From NCBI GenBank assembly GCA_015234045.1, contig JADFWU010000016.1, forward strand, positions 239-64,238: DNA of 64,000 bases, read 5' to 3'. The first letter of the stretch is position 1. Each line of letters starts with the position of its first letter. Below the pieces are notes generated by a model. The model saw only the letters and a list, made by a program, of their open reading frames with translations, did no database searches and was not told the origin of the DNA. Below are positions 1 through 9,461 of this stretch, in pieces. The stretch comes from Magnetococcales bacterium (GTDB lineage: Bacteria; Pseudomonadota; Magnetococcia; Magnetococcales; JADFWU01). The translations under genes and the position numbers were made by a program.

Positions 1-115
1 ACTGCCGAAATGTGTCGCCCATGAGAATCCACCATTACAGAGTTTTTTGCCGTCATGTAGTTGCCGTCATGTAGAGTTTAACATTTTCTGTCCGGAAAGT
101 CCGACAGTCTCCTAG

Positions 116-1684
116 CCCGAATATTTCATTAGAAAAGAGGTAGAGTCTCTGAAAATCCTGTATAATCAGGATACTAAAAAAGAAAGAAGGAGACTCTACC
201 CAATGACAGAATGTACACCACCAACGCTCAACTTTCCAGCGTGTAAACGGCGAGCAGTCCAGGCTGAATTTTCCGGCGATGATATCACCAGTGATGGCGG
301 TCTTCTTCTTATAAGACAGGCTGATCGCTTACATGGCTTATGCGAACGTGTCGCCGCTTCACTTCCTGATCAAAGAGATCAATCCCGAATAACCCACAAA
401 TTGATCGACCTCGTGCGCCAACGGATTTTCGGAATTGCGGCTGGATACGAGGATCTCAATGATCACGAAATGCTTCGCAAAGATCCTGCATTTCAAACGT
501 CAGTGAATCGAGATACGGATCTGGCCAGCAGTGCCACCTTATGCCGTTTGGAGAATAGTGCAACCAGCGAAATATTCTGGAAAATCCAGAATATCATGGT
601 GGACCATTTCATGGACTCTTTCACCAAGCCGCCCGATGAATTGATCCTTGATTTCGATGCGACAGATGATCCAGTTCACGGTCTCCAGGTTGGACGATTT
701 TTTCATGGATATTATGACGAGTACTGCTTTCTGCCATTATACGTGTTTTGTGGCGATCAGTTACTGGTCAGCTATCTGAGGACCAGTGGTCAGGATGGGG
801 CCAAACATGCTGGTGCTATCCTGAGGTGGCTGGTGAACCGTTTTCGCCAGAAATGGCCCAATGTCCGAATTATATTCCGTGCAGACAGTGGGTTCTGTAG
901 AGCCAGATATCTGTCATGGTGTGAAAGAAATAGAGTGGACTATGTCATAGGGCTGACAAAGAATCCGCGCTTGGAACGCTTGTCGGCTTTTCAGGAACGT
1001 ATTGCTGAAGCAGTTTTCAATGCCACTGGCCGTGACTACAGATTAATCGATGAAATTGAATATGGATCATGTAGTTGGAAACAAAGTCGGCGTGTAATCG
1101 TTCGTGCTCATCATTCGGCTAAAGGCAAAAATCCACGATTCGTGGTGACCAATTTGGAATATGATCCGACAGTTATCTATGACGACATCTATTGCCAGCG
1201 CGGAGAAGCGGAAAATCGCATAAAAGAACAACAACTCTGCCTCTTTGCGGATAGAACGAGCTGTCACGATTGGTGGCCCAATCAGCTCCGTCTATTTTTT
1301 TCGAGCATCGCTTATATTTTGCTCGAAACAATTCGTCGCACGGCCCTTTATGGAACCAATCTGGCTCACGCTCGCTGTGACACTATCAGACTGAAGCTGA
1401 TAAAAATCGGAGCTGTAATCCTTCGGAATACAAGAAGAGTCCGATTTCTCCTGTCCAGCGCCAATCCCAATAAGGAGCTGTTCTTTTTGGTGGCTCGGCG
1501 TCTTGCCAGCCGATAAGGGGCGAAGGTGCTGTCCCCGGCACCGGAAAATCATGGGGGAAATGGGGAAGTATGTCCAAAATCAGAAAAAAGCATCTGTTTC
1601 ATTGAACATGAGCAAGAAATTACAGCTATTCGCCCTCATCAGTGGACTTTTTGAGAGGTGAATCATGTTGATGAAATATGCGGG
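116..1684 (+). mobile_element. IS1380-family insertion sequence, apparently complete
   Basis: Left end CCCGAATATTTCATTA (116) and right end TGATGAAATATGCGGG (ends 1684) are imperfect inverted repeats. CTAG flanks both sides (112-115, 1685-1688). One transposase ORF lies inside. Confidence 0.9.
203..1516 (+). CDS. IS1380-family DDE transposase
   Basis: Motifs TSDGGLLL, GYEDLNDH, LDFDATDDPVHG, RADSGF, RGEAENRIKE are typical of IS1380 transposases. Confidence 0.95.
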   Translation: MTECTPPTLNFPACKRRAVQAEFSGDDITSDGGLLLIRQADRLHGLCERVAASLPDQRDQSRITHKLIDLVRQRIFGIAAGYEDLNDHEMLRKDPAFQTSVNRDTDLASSATLCRLENSATSEIFWKIQNIMVDHFMDSFTKPPDELILDFDATDDPVHGLQVGRFFHGYYDEYCFLPLYVFCGDQLLVSYLRTSGQDGAKHAGAILRWLVNRFRQKWPNVRIIFRADSGFCRARYLSWCERNRVDYVIGLTKNPRLERLSAFQERIAEAVFNATGRDYRLIDEIEYGSCSWKQSRRVIVRAHHSAKGKNPRFVVTNLEYDPTVIYDDIYCQRGEAENRIKEQQLCLFADRTSCHDWWPNQLRLFFSSIAYILLETIRRTALYGTNLAHARCDTIRLKLIKIGAVILRNTRRVRFLLSSANPNKELFFLVARRLASR

Positions 1685-1723
1685 CTAGCGGGATAGGCAA
1701 ATAGAACGGAGAGAGAATAGACT

Positions 1724-1793
1724 TAGGAGTTACGCAATTGCCGGTTGAAGCGAGAATGGCGGGTACAAAATTCATTCAACTGCGTAACCCCTG
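1724..1793. repeat. MITE-like element, family A (TAGGAGTTACGCA termini)
   Basis: TAGGAGTTACGCAATTG ... TTCAACTGCGTAACCCCTG inverted ends; the same motif recurs at 2982, 8367, 8561 and 30095. Confidence 0.7.
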
Positions 1794-1830
1794 ATACTTT
1801 GAGTGAAACGGATTTGAAACAATCGGTTCA

Positions 1831-2967
1831 CTATTTCTGTCCCCAAAGCAGGGTCTTAACGCTACTGATATGAACACCTTCTGGAAATTCAGTAGCATAG
1901 CGTACCAGAAAAGCCTTGCTGCGCTCTTCTTCATTCATGGCATTCATGACCATAGCCATCTGGAACAGCGCGGATTCATATTTGGGCGTGTCTTTGAAGT
2001 CTCTCATGATGCGTTGCAGATAGAGAAACGCGCTTTTAGGATCATTGCGGAAACGGGCGTGGATATTGGCCACATGTAAGAGGGTTTCACTCTTCACATT
2101 GTCCAAATAGCTGAGATTATGGGCAATTAGCAGAGCGGTTTCAGCATCTTCATAGCGTTTTTGGTCGGTTAACAGGCTGGCATAGCTGATATACCAGCGG
2201 CTTAGGATCTCCCGAAACGCCTCACGGGCCTTGATATCAGCAGGCACATCACTGTCGGTAAAGGTCTGAAGTTTGGTGCGAATCTCTTCAAGCCCAGGAT
2301 TCTCTTTCAGACTCACCGGCACCATGGGCATGCGTCCTCGGGTGTTGGCAGTCATCTCACCTGGACCAAGCAAAACCCCCTCACCGGATTGTTCACCTTC
2401 ATTAACGTGAACACCGCCTTCAATCTGAATGACCGTGGTGGTACCAAACACGGCATTGACCAAAAATTCAGTGCCGCGCACACCGATAATCGCCGTTGGT
2501 GTGCGTAACTGAAACGCCTGTTTATCCTTTTGAGCAGCAACAAACGCCCGCACAACGCCTTCAAACACATGGGCGGAAAAAGCCCTCTGAGACGCATCAT
2601 TTACCGCATCATCATTTACCGCAGCATTTTTGGCAGCATCCACCGCCAGATTCAAGCGCGTTGCCTCACCCAGCGCTAAAAGTGAGTGATCATAAAATTC
2701 CAGCGTTGCCTTACCATCATCCTTGGTCTCTACCCGACTACCCGCTTTCAGCACCATACCCACCGTCGCCTCTTGCCACTCCGGCTGATCCAGAGGACGC
2801 ACATGCACTTGCCCCATCACCTTGATGATGGTCGCTCCCTCTGGGATGCCTCCCTCTTTCAGTGCCTCTTCGGCATACGACCGCGTTACACCAAACAGGA
2901 TACCCAGACAGAGTACAGCGCGTATCACTTGCTTCCAGGGTGTGACTGTAGCCATCACGACGATCAC
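1831..2967 (-). CDS. Exported FecR-domain protein with C-terminal TPR-like helices
   Basis: Signal peptide; FecR motifs G..V.T.DDGKA.L.F.D.S.L.L and TPTAIIGVRGTEF; helical TPR-like C-terminus (ESALF...Y..EFPEG). Confidence 0.8.
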   Translation of the reverse strand: MIVVMATVTPWKQVIRAVLCLGILFGVTRSYAEEALKEGGIPEGATIIKVMGQVHVRPLDQPEWQEATVGMVLKAGSRVETKDDGKATLEFYDHSLLALGEATRLNLAVDAAKNAAVNDDAVNDASQRAFSAHVFEGVVRAFVAAQKDKQAFQLRTPTAIIGVRGTEFLVNAVFGTTTVIQIEGGVHVNEGEQSGEGVLLGPGEMTANTRGRMPMVPVSLKENPGLEEIRTKLQTFTDSDVPADIKAREAFREILSRWYISYASLLTDQKRYEDAETALLIAHNLSYLDNVKSETLLHVANIHARFRNDPKSAFLYLQRIMRDFKDTPKYESALFQMAMVMNAMNEEERSKAFLVRYATEFPEGVHISSVKTLLWGQK

Positions 2968-2981
2968 TTCTCCGAATTATT

Positions 2982-3053
2982 TAAGGTATTACGCAGTTGA
3001 GTGACGGGTACACGCTTTGACACCTGTTACAATCGACAATTGCATAACGCCTA
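2982..3053. repeat. Degenerate family A MITE-like copy
   Basis: TAAGGTATTACGCAGTTGA ... CAATTGCATAACGCCTA; the right end overlaps the LRR gene stop codon. Confidence 0.55.
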
Positions 3054-4037
3054 CTCCGAAATTTTATACTGTTTCAGTGCGTCAGGCAGATTTTCAACGC
3101 TATTCCAATCAAGATCCAATTTCTGAAGTGTTTTGGCAAGTGTTGCGAATTTTTCCGGTAAGTGAGTCATTGGGTTACGATCCAGTCGCAACTCGGTTAA
3201 ATGACTCAAATCTGCGAGCTCTACTGGTACTTCAGACAGTTTATTATCGTCCAAACGCAGTTCCGTCAAATGAACCAACTGGCCCAATGCGGCCGGCACA
3301 CTCTTGAGATTATTTTTTTGAACCCGAAGCGCAGCCAAATTGACCAATGAGCCAATCTGCTCAGGCAATGTCTCTAATTTATTTCCATAAAGACGCAACG
3401 AAACCAGCTGTGTGAGTTGGCCGATTTCCGCTGGCAAGGTTTCGATATCATTCTTAAACAGCGACAACTCACTGAGATGACTGAGCAAACCGATCTCTTT
3501 AGGCAGTTCTGTCAAGTCGTTATCAAACAACATCAAGCGCGATAACTGTGTCATACCGCCAATCTCAGCAGGCAGATATTCCAACTTATTATCATAGAGA
3601 TGCAATTCAACAAGCCGCGTAAGCCGGCCAATTTCCTTGGGTAGAAATTCCAGCTTGTTCTTAAAGCACCGAAAAGAAACCAGTTGCGTTAACTGACCAA
3701 TTGTAGCGGGCAGCATTTCGATTTTATTATCACTGAGATTCAAACGCTTAAGTGCCGTAAGCTGACCGATCTGCTCTGGAATTTCTTCGATACGGTTCCC
3801 ACCCAGATCAAGCTCTTTAAGCTTGGTGAGTTGACACACCCACTTTGGAATTTTTTTCAGCCGACAGCCGCGCAGGGACAAGCGCTCAAGATTGACAGCC
3901 TGCTCCATATCCGGCAGATCTTCCAGCTTTTTCCCTTCAAAAGAGACCGCGACCAACATACCCGGCGATTGAGAGGACTCTCCTTTACCTAACCGAAAAG
4001 CGAAGCTAAACGCTTCTTTCTTAATAAAATCAATCAC
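3051..4037 (-). CDS. Leucine-rich repeat protein (23-aa LRRs)
   Basis: About 11 repeats of LxxLxLxxNxLxxLPxEIGxL. Confidence 0.9.
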   Translation of the reverse strand: MIDFIKKEAFSFAFRLGKGESSQSPGMLVAVSFEGKKLEDLPDMEQAVNLERLSLRGCRLKKIPKWVCQLTKLKELDLGGNRIEEIPEQIGQLTALKRLNLSDNKIEMLPATIGQLTQLVSFRCFKNKLEFLPKEIGRLTRLVELHLYDNKLEYLPAEIGGMTQLSRLMLFDNDLTELPKEIGLLSHLSELSLFKNDIETLPAEIGQLTQLVSLRLYGNKLETLPEQIGSLVNLAALRVQKNNLKSVPAALGQLVHLTELRLDDNKLSEVPVELADLSHLTELRLDRNPMTHLPEKFATLAKTLQKLDLDWNSVENLPDALKQYKISE

Positions 4038-4071
4038 AGCTTCCCCCCTGAGTCCCGCACTAATTCTGCAT

Positions 4072-4629
4072 TCAACGCCGTTTTGAGAAAAGCCCTTTTA
4101 TGGAAAAACGGAAACCACGTGACTCTTGTTCTTCATCGTCCGCCTGATCCATAAAAAGCGCTTGGACAGCGGGTTGAACACGCTCAGCCAGGTCTTCCGT
4201 CATCTGCTGGTCTCTGGCATCAAAGCCAGTATCACCTTGTTTATTCAGTAGCTGAACAACGCCGGCCACGCCACGACCAGATGCCTTGATCGGCACACAC
4301 AAAATATTATGGGTCTGAAAACCAGTCATATCATCCACATCCCGATGCACGCCATCCCGCTCTCCGGCCTGCTCCAGGATACGCACCTGCCCTGTTACCA
4401 CCACCTCACCGACGATGGAACGACTGACTGGGATATCCAATCCATCCTGTTCCAGACCGGTGCCCGCGATCAGAGAGACCCGTTGCATCTGAGGATCGTG
4501 CAGAAAAATACTACACCGCTCAACATTTAACTGTTCGGGAGCCTGTTCGACAAAATCAGCCAGAAATGCCCTGTGATCTTCAGTGCGGTTATACGCTCCT
4601 TCCAATACATCCATCCAGGCCTGTGACAT
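4072..4629 (-). CDS. Stand-alone GAF domain protein
   Basis: ERCSIFLHD, SIVGEVV..G, VDDMTGFQTHNILCVPI, GVVQLLNK..FD..D (NKFDE-type GAF). Confidence 0.85.
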   Translation of the reverse strand: MSQAWMDVLEGAYNRTEDHRAFLADFVEQAPEQLNVERCSIFLHDPQMQRVSLIAGTGLEQDGLDIPVSRSIVGEVVVTGQVRILEQAGERDGVHRDVDDMTGFQTHNILCVPIKASGRGVAGVVQLLNKQGDTGFDARDQQMTEDLAERVQPAVQALFMDQADDEEQESRGFRFSIKGLFSKRR

Positions 4630-4966
4630 AACGATCCTTTCACGGTCATATCCTATTGATATTAATCTATAACCAAGCTAAAAATACATATAATAGCATG
4701 AAACAATACTACGTCATATTCTAAATCAGACTTATTTCCAAAGCCGTCTGTCAGGGTACAAAATTCATTCGACTGCATAACTTCCAAGGGTATAGTATTT
4801 TATTATTGGATTCAATTTCCTGAATTTTTTCTGAACAGCACCCCTTTTGATTCGATAAAATTGGGAATCAATGATGAAATTACCCGGATTTGGGGTTATT
4901 CAGCCCTGTCCATATATGGTATAAATTTGGAGTTTTACACTCACATCCGTTTCGGAGCCAGACAAT

Positions 4967-5356
4967 ATGGAGAACCTCCCCGACCTCGACCGTCTTAAAT
5001 TCAATCAAGATGGTCTGATTCCCGCGATTGCCCAACAACATGATACAGGCGACATTCTCATGATGGCCTGGATGAATCGGGATTCATTGGCAGAAACCCT
5101 GAAATCAGGCGTTGCCTGCTACTGGTCGCGCTCTCGGCAGAAATTTTGGAAAAAAGGCGAATCCTCCGGCCATACCCAACAAGTTAAATCACTCAGAACC
5201 GATTGCGATTGCGATACGATCCTGCTCTTGGTGGATCAAGTGGGCGGAATTGCCTGTCATACTGGTCGCGGAAACTGCTTTTTCCTGGAAGCGGCTGAAG
5301 GCGAATGGAAAGAGATCCATGCGCCCATCAAGGATCCCAAAGAGATTTATAAATGA
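4967..5356 (+). CDS. hisI: Phosphoribosyl-AMP cyclohydrolase
   Basis: [45 protein letters not shown]. Confidence 0.97.
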   Translation: MENLPDLDRLKFNQDGLIPAIAQQHDTGDILMMAWMNRDSLAETLKSGVACYWSRSRQKFWKKGESSGHTQQVKSLRTDCDCDTILLLVDQVGGIACHTGRGNCFFLEAAEGEWKEIHAPIKDPKEIYK

Positions 5357-6093
5357 CTCAGAGAAATGGACCCGAGGTTCTGACAAAGTTATTTGCTTTG
5401 CTTCAAGAACGTCGCCAGGCTGATCCTAAGTCATCCTATACGGCAACCCTGCTCAACAAGGGCCTGAATGCCATATTGGATAAAGTTGCCGAAGAGTCTG
5501 AAGAGACTATTGAGGCGGCCCGATCCGGCCAATCCAACGAGATTGTTCATGAATCTGCTGACCTCATATACCATTTACTGGTAATGCTGGTTCAACAGGA
5601 TATTGCACTGGAGCGCGTCCTGGGCGAGTTGGGTCGTCGCCTGGGACGCTCCGGTCATTTGCGCCATGATGCGCCGGTGACACCCAGCAATCGATCCAAC
5701 ATGCGCCATCATCACTGCCACTATTTGACCCTGCATTTCAACAATGGTCAGATCGTTACCGGCACTACTCAGGATATCAGTCTCACTGGTTTAATGCTGT
5801 CCGTTAACGAGGACACGCCTTTGGATGACCTGTTGGGCGAAACCGGCACCTTTGACCTTACGCCTGCGCGCACGACAACACACGCCGCCGCCCGAAATAT
5901 CCAATACAATCCACTGCCAACGCTGCCGGAACTGGCTAACCTGCCAGATAATCCACTCAATCAGGCGGTAAACAGCTTCCGGTTCACTTTTGAGATTGTA
6001 CGTGTCACACCGGCTGGATTAGGCTTGCATATTATAGATGGTAGCGGGCTGTTTGGATTTACTTTTTCGACTGTTTTTAAAGAGATATTTTAA
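5353..6093 (+). CDS. hisE: Phosphoribosyl-ATP diphosphatase fused to a C-terminal PilZ-like domain
   Basis: N-terminal SSYTATLL..G...[11 protein letters not shown]...[11 protein letters not shown]; C-terminal RSNMR and DISLTG motifs; overlaps the hisI stop (ATGA). Confidence 0.88.
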   Translation: MTQRNGPEVLTKLFALLQERRQADPKSSYTATLLNKGLNAILDKVAEESEETIEAARSGQSNEIVHESADLIYHLLVMLVQQDIALERVLGELGRRLGRSGHLRHDAPVTPSNRSNMRHHHCHYLTLHFNNGQIVTGTTQDISLTGLMLSVNEDTPLDDLLGETGTFDLTPARTTTHAAARNIQYNPLPTLPELANLPDNPLNQAVNSFRFTFEIVRVTPAGLGLHIIDGSGLFGFTFSTVFKEIF

Positions 6094-6125
6094 ATATCCA
6101 CGCATCGTTCAGAGTGAGGTGACAC

Positions 6126-6476
6126 ATGTCTGACAACTGCCTGTTCTGCAAAATCATCAACGGCACCATTCCCGCCGACATCGTCTACCAAGATGATACC
6201 GTACTCGCTTTTAAAGATATTAATCCACAAGCCCCTGTCCATATCCTGGTGATTCCCAAACGCCATATTGCCACCCTGGATGATCTGACCGAAGCAGACC
6301 GAGCGGATATCGGCCACCTGATGGAACGCCTCGCCCATGTCGCCCGTGCAGCAGGCGTGGCTGAAAAAGGCTATCGCACCATCATCAATACCCGTGCCCA
6401 TGGCGGACAGGAAGTATTTCATATCCATGCCCATATTCTGGGCGGAAAACCCATCGGACCCATGGTGGCACGCTGA
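6126..6476 (+). CDS. hinT: Histidine triad nucleotide-binding protein (HinT-like)
   Basis: CLFCKII, AFKDINPQAPVHILVIPKRH, GGQEVFHIHAHILGG. Confidence 0.93.
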   Translation: MSDNCLFCKIINGTIPADIVYQDDTVLAFKDINPQAPVHILVIPKRHIATLDDLTEADRADIGHLMERLAHVARAAGVAEKGYRTIINTRAHGGQEVFHIHAHILGGKPIGPMVAR

Positions 6477-6878
6477 GCGATTCGATCCTGTCAAACAGCC
6501 AGCATGGCACCCTAAAACTGTCAATAACCAAACTTAATGATGGCGTTATTTGGGGCCTGAGATAACAGCCTCATCACCTTCCCGGTGGGCATTGCGGCGG
6601 CAACTGTTATGATGGGCATTCCGGCACATATTTTATCACTACATTGATTTCAAACGCATTAAATTGTTTAATAAGGCGTTGACTATTGCGGATGTAGTGA
6701 TGAGTCTACTGCTCGTTATGGCAGATAATTAATGACCGGACCACATTTTGCATGCTTCCTCATTGTTGGAACGACATCACTTTCCTTATGCTAAAGTGGC
6801 TTGGGACAGGGTGATATTGTCGCTCTATCTGGCACTTATATAGTGGGATCACCCCATCAACTAGGAATCGTCGTTATC

Positions 6879-8300
6879 ATGGCTAACACAGGTTTTGCAC
6901 AGCGGGAAGTCAACATCAAAGATGCCTTTAAAGTCGCTGCCCAACAACACATCAAAGGCGAACTTGATCTTGCAGAAACCAACTACAACGCCATTCTCAA
7001 AACCCAGCCAGACTACGCCCTAGCCATTCACAACCTCGGCCTGATCGCATACCAACGCGGTGATGTGGAAACGGCCATGGATAAATACCGTGAGTCCCTC
7101 AAGCTATTGCCAACCCATGCAGATGCCTACAACAATCTCGGCGTGGCCTACCAAAGTCTTGGTCAACTGGATGAGGCAATGGGCTGCTATCAAAAAGCGG
7201 TCAAACTGAAACCAACCTATGCCCAAGCCATTCGACATCTGGCTCTATATTGCAAACAATATCCGTTTGAAGATGGAGAGATTGACCGGATTAAAAAGCT
7301 GATCACCAATCGGGAAGTACCAGAACTCGATGCCATGCACCTGCATTTTGCCTTGGGCCATACGTTGGATTTTCGTGGTGACTATGACGATGCGTTCAAA
7401 CATTTCAAACAGGGCAATGATATCCACGGTCGCACCATGAAGTTTGACTTCAACCGCAGCCGGTATTATGTGGAACACATCAAGAAAACATTCACAAAAG
7501 AATACTTTGAAAAACGCGCTCACTGGGGTCTGAAGTCAGATCTGCCAGTATTTATCATTGGCATGCCGCGCTCTGGCACCTCTTTGGTAGAACAGATACT
7601 CGCCAGCCATGATGATGCCTATGGTGCCGGTGAATTACGTGATATCCGCCAGATGGTCGCTTCCCTGCGTGACAAGTTAGGCGGCAAGAATCAATATCCA
7701 CAAAATCTCCGCGATGCCGACATGACTGCATTGATGAGCATGGGCAGTCAATACCTTGAAAGAGTGGTGCAACTACCGGAGGAGAAGGTACTGCGAATCT
7801 CTGACAAAATGCCGTTCAATTTTATGCATCTTGGCCTTATTGCGGTCATGTTTCCCAACTGTAAGATCATCCGATGTGGTCGTCATCCGCTGGACACCTG
7901 TTTATCCAACTATTTTCAGTTCTTTCCAGAAGGAAACCAGTTCTCCTACGACCTGCACAACATCGGATTTTACCACCGCCAATACGAAGAATTGACTGAG
8001 CATTGGGCTGAAGTGCTACCTGTTGAAATTCTTGATGTTAATTACGAAGATGTCGTAGCCAATCCCAAGCAAGAAGTGAAGCGCATGCTCAAGCATGTTG
8101 ATCTGCCTTGGAGTGATGATTGTCTGGCGTTTCATAAGAAAAAACGCAGCGTGCGTACCGCCAGTGCGGTTCAGGTACGCCAACCGCTTTATAATCGTTC
8201 TGTGGCACGTTGGGAGAAGTACCGCAAGTATGTTGATCCTATTATTGATGGACTGGGATGGGACAAGAAAGATCTCAAGAAATATGGCTTGGAAGAGTAA
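6879..8300 (+). CDS. TPR-containing sulfotransferase
   Basis: N-terminal TPRs (AYNNLGVAYQSLGQLDEA); PVFIIGMPRSGTSLVEQILASH, DKMPFNF, RTASAVQVRQP. Start taken at ATG 6879. Confidence 0.92.
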   Translation: MANTGFAQREVNIKDAFKVAAQQHIKGELDLAETNYNAILKTQPDYALAIHNLGLIAYQRGDVETAMDKYRESLKLLPTHADAYNNLGVAYQSLGQLDEAMGCYQKAVKLKPTYAQAIRHLALYCKQYPFEDGEIDRIKKLITNREVPELDAMHLHFALGHTLDFRGDYDDAFKHFKQGNDIHGRTMKFDFNRSRYYVEHIKKTFTKEYFEKRAHWGLKSDLPVFIIGMPRSGTSLVEQILASHDDAYGAGELRDIRQMVASLRDKLGGKNQYPQNLRDADMTALMSMGSQYLERVVQLPEEKVLRISDKMPFNFMHLGLIAVMFPNCKIIRCGRHPLDTCLSNYFQFFPEGNQFSYDLHNIGFYHRQYEELTEHWAEVLPVEILDVNYEDVVANPKQEVKRMLKHVDLPWSDDCLAFHKKKRSVRTASAVQVRQPLYNRSVARWEKYRKYVDPIIDGLGWDKKDLKKYGLEE

Positions 8301-8366
8301 AATCGCACAAGCTATTGATGGCACAAACTTAATAGGAAAGCCGTCTGCGCCTGGCTGGGTACATTT

Positions 8367-8482
8367 TAGGAGTTACGCAGTTGAAATTGAGATCGTAGTG
8401 AATTCAATGAGTTGCATATTTACTCTGTTTTTCATGATCTATGCAAAATCAATCAGCTAGACTTTCAACTGCGTAACTCCTA
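8367..8482. repeat. Family A MITE (116 bp) with perfect 20-bp terminal inverted repeats
   Basis: TAGGAGTTACGCAGTTGAAA (8367-8386) and TTTCAACTGCGTAACTCCTA (8463-8482); an extra right end lies at 8561-8577. Confidence 0.8.
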
Positions 8483-8577
8483 TTGATATCAAAACCGGCA
8501 TCGTTCGAGAAGCTGTTCGCCTTTATTTGGCAAAGCCGTTTTGTGTCTTGCCGATAGAGGCAACTGCGTAACTCCTA

Positions 8578-8602
8578 CATGTTGATGAAATATGCGGGCT
8601 AG
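8578..8602 (+). mobile_element. Orphan IS1380 right end
   Basis: CATGTTGATGAAATATGCGGGCTAG is identical to 1664-1688. Confidence 0.8.
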
Positions 8603-8645
8603 ATGGCCATTTCATACTAAATTGAATTGAGGTGAATAATTTTCC

Positions 8646-9308
8646 ATGGCCCTTGAGCAGGAGATCAAGCTCACCCCCACAGATCCGGCTGTTTTAGATC
8701 AGTTGGCCGATGATCCGTTGATTCTGTCTCGACTATCCGACAAAAAATTAATCCCTGAACAAGTCACAACCACCTATCTGGACACACCAGATCATGCCCT
8801 ATTAAAAAACCGCTTGGCCTTTCGTGTGCGCCAGACAGGTAACCAATGGTCCGCAGGATTCAAGGGCAATGGTGCCATTGATGGCGGCGTTTTGCGTCTT
8901 GATGAATGGGAAACGCCGATTTCGCGGGAAATTACCTGTTTGAATGATCTGCCAGAAGGTCCGGTGCGGAAGCAGATTCCAGCGGGCATCAATCCAGTCA
9001 CGCCACTGGTTCCCTTAATGGTAACCGACATCCGCCGCCATCATGGGCTCTTGATACTTCCGGGAGAGACCACTCAACCGTCAACACAAGTGGAATTGGC
9101 ATTGGATCACGGTGAAATTCGTGCTAACAATGCGGTCAAAATGCTTGCAGAAGTTGAGTTGGAACTGCACTCTGGAGATTGGTCATCGCTTGTTGCTTTT
9201 GCGGACTTATTGACCAAACACTATCCTTTGACCGCTTCGGTGCATTCAAAGTTCGCCTGGGGGTTGACCCTGTTCGACCCGGAAGACACCTGTTTCAGTG
9301 CCTTATGA
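8646..9308 (+). CDS. CYTH domain protein (inorganic triphosphatase-like)
   Basis: EQEIKL, YLDTPD..L....LAFRVR, ELALDHG, EVELEL, SKF. Confidence 0.88.
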   Translation: MALEQEIKLTPTDPAVLDQLADDPLILSRLSDKKLIPEQVTTTYLDTPDHALLKNRLAFRVRQTGNQWSAGFKGNGAIDGGVLRLDEWETPISREITCLNDLPEGPVRKQIPAGINPVTPLVPLMVTDIRRHHGLLILPGETTQPSTQVELALDHGEIRANNAVKMLAEVELELHSGDWSSLVAFADLLTKHYPLTASVHSKFAWGLTLFDPEDTCFSAL

Positions 9309-9461
9309 AGTGAACCGTTTCATCATTTATGGTAAGATGGATGACAACATTCAAACAAACTCTTTGAGTAGAAAAATAGGCCTCTACCCACACATCGAGA
9401 GCGTACCCTGAGTGGTTATCTCGAACCAGCAGAGTGATATCTTCGCCTGAGGAATTTATTT

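Noticed and set aside
2595-2627. 15-bp tandem duplication in the FecR gene (AVNDDAVND)
   Set aside because: In-frame loop expansion with no evident consequence.
8367-8602. Possible CRISPR array from the recurring CAACTGCGTAACTCCTA
   Set aside because: Copies are inverted or irregularly spaced, there are too few, and no cas genes are present; a MITE explanation fits better.
9310-9460. Possible threonine attenuator or riboswitch before thrC
   Set aside because: No Thr/Ile-rich leader peptide, terminator or recognisable aptamer was seen.
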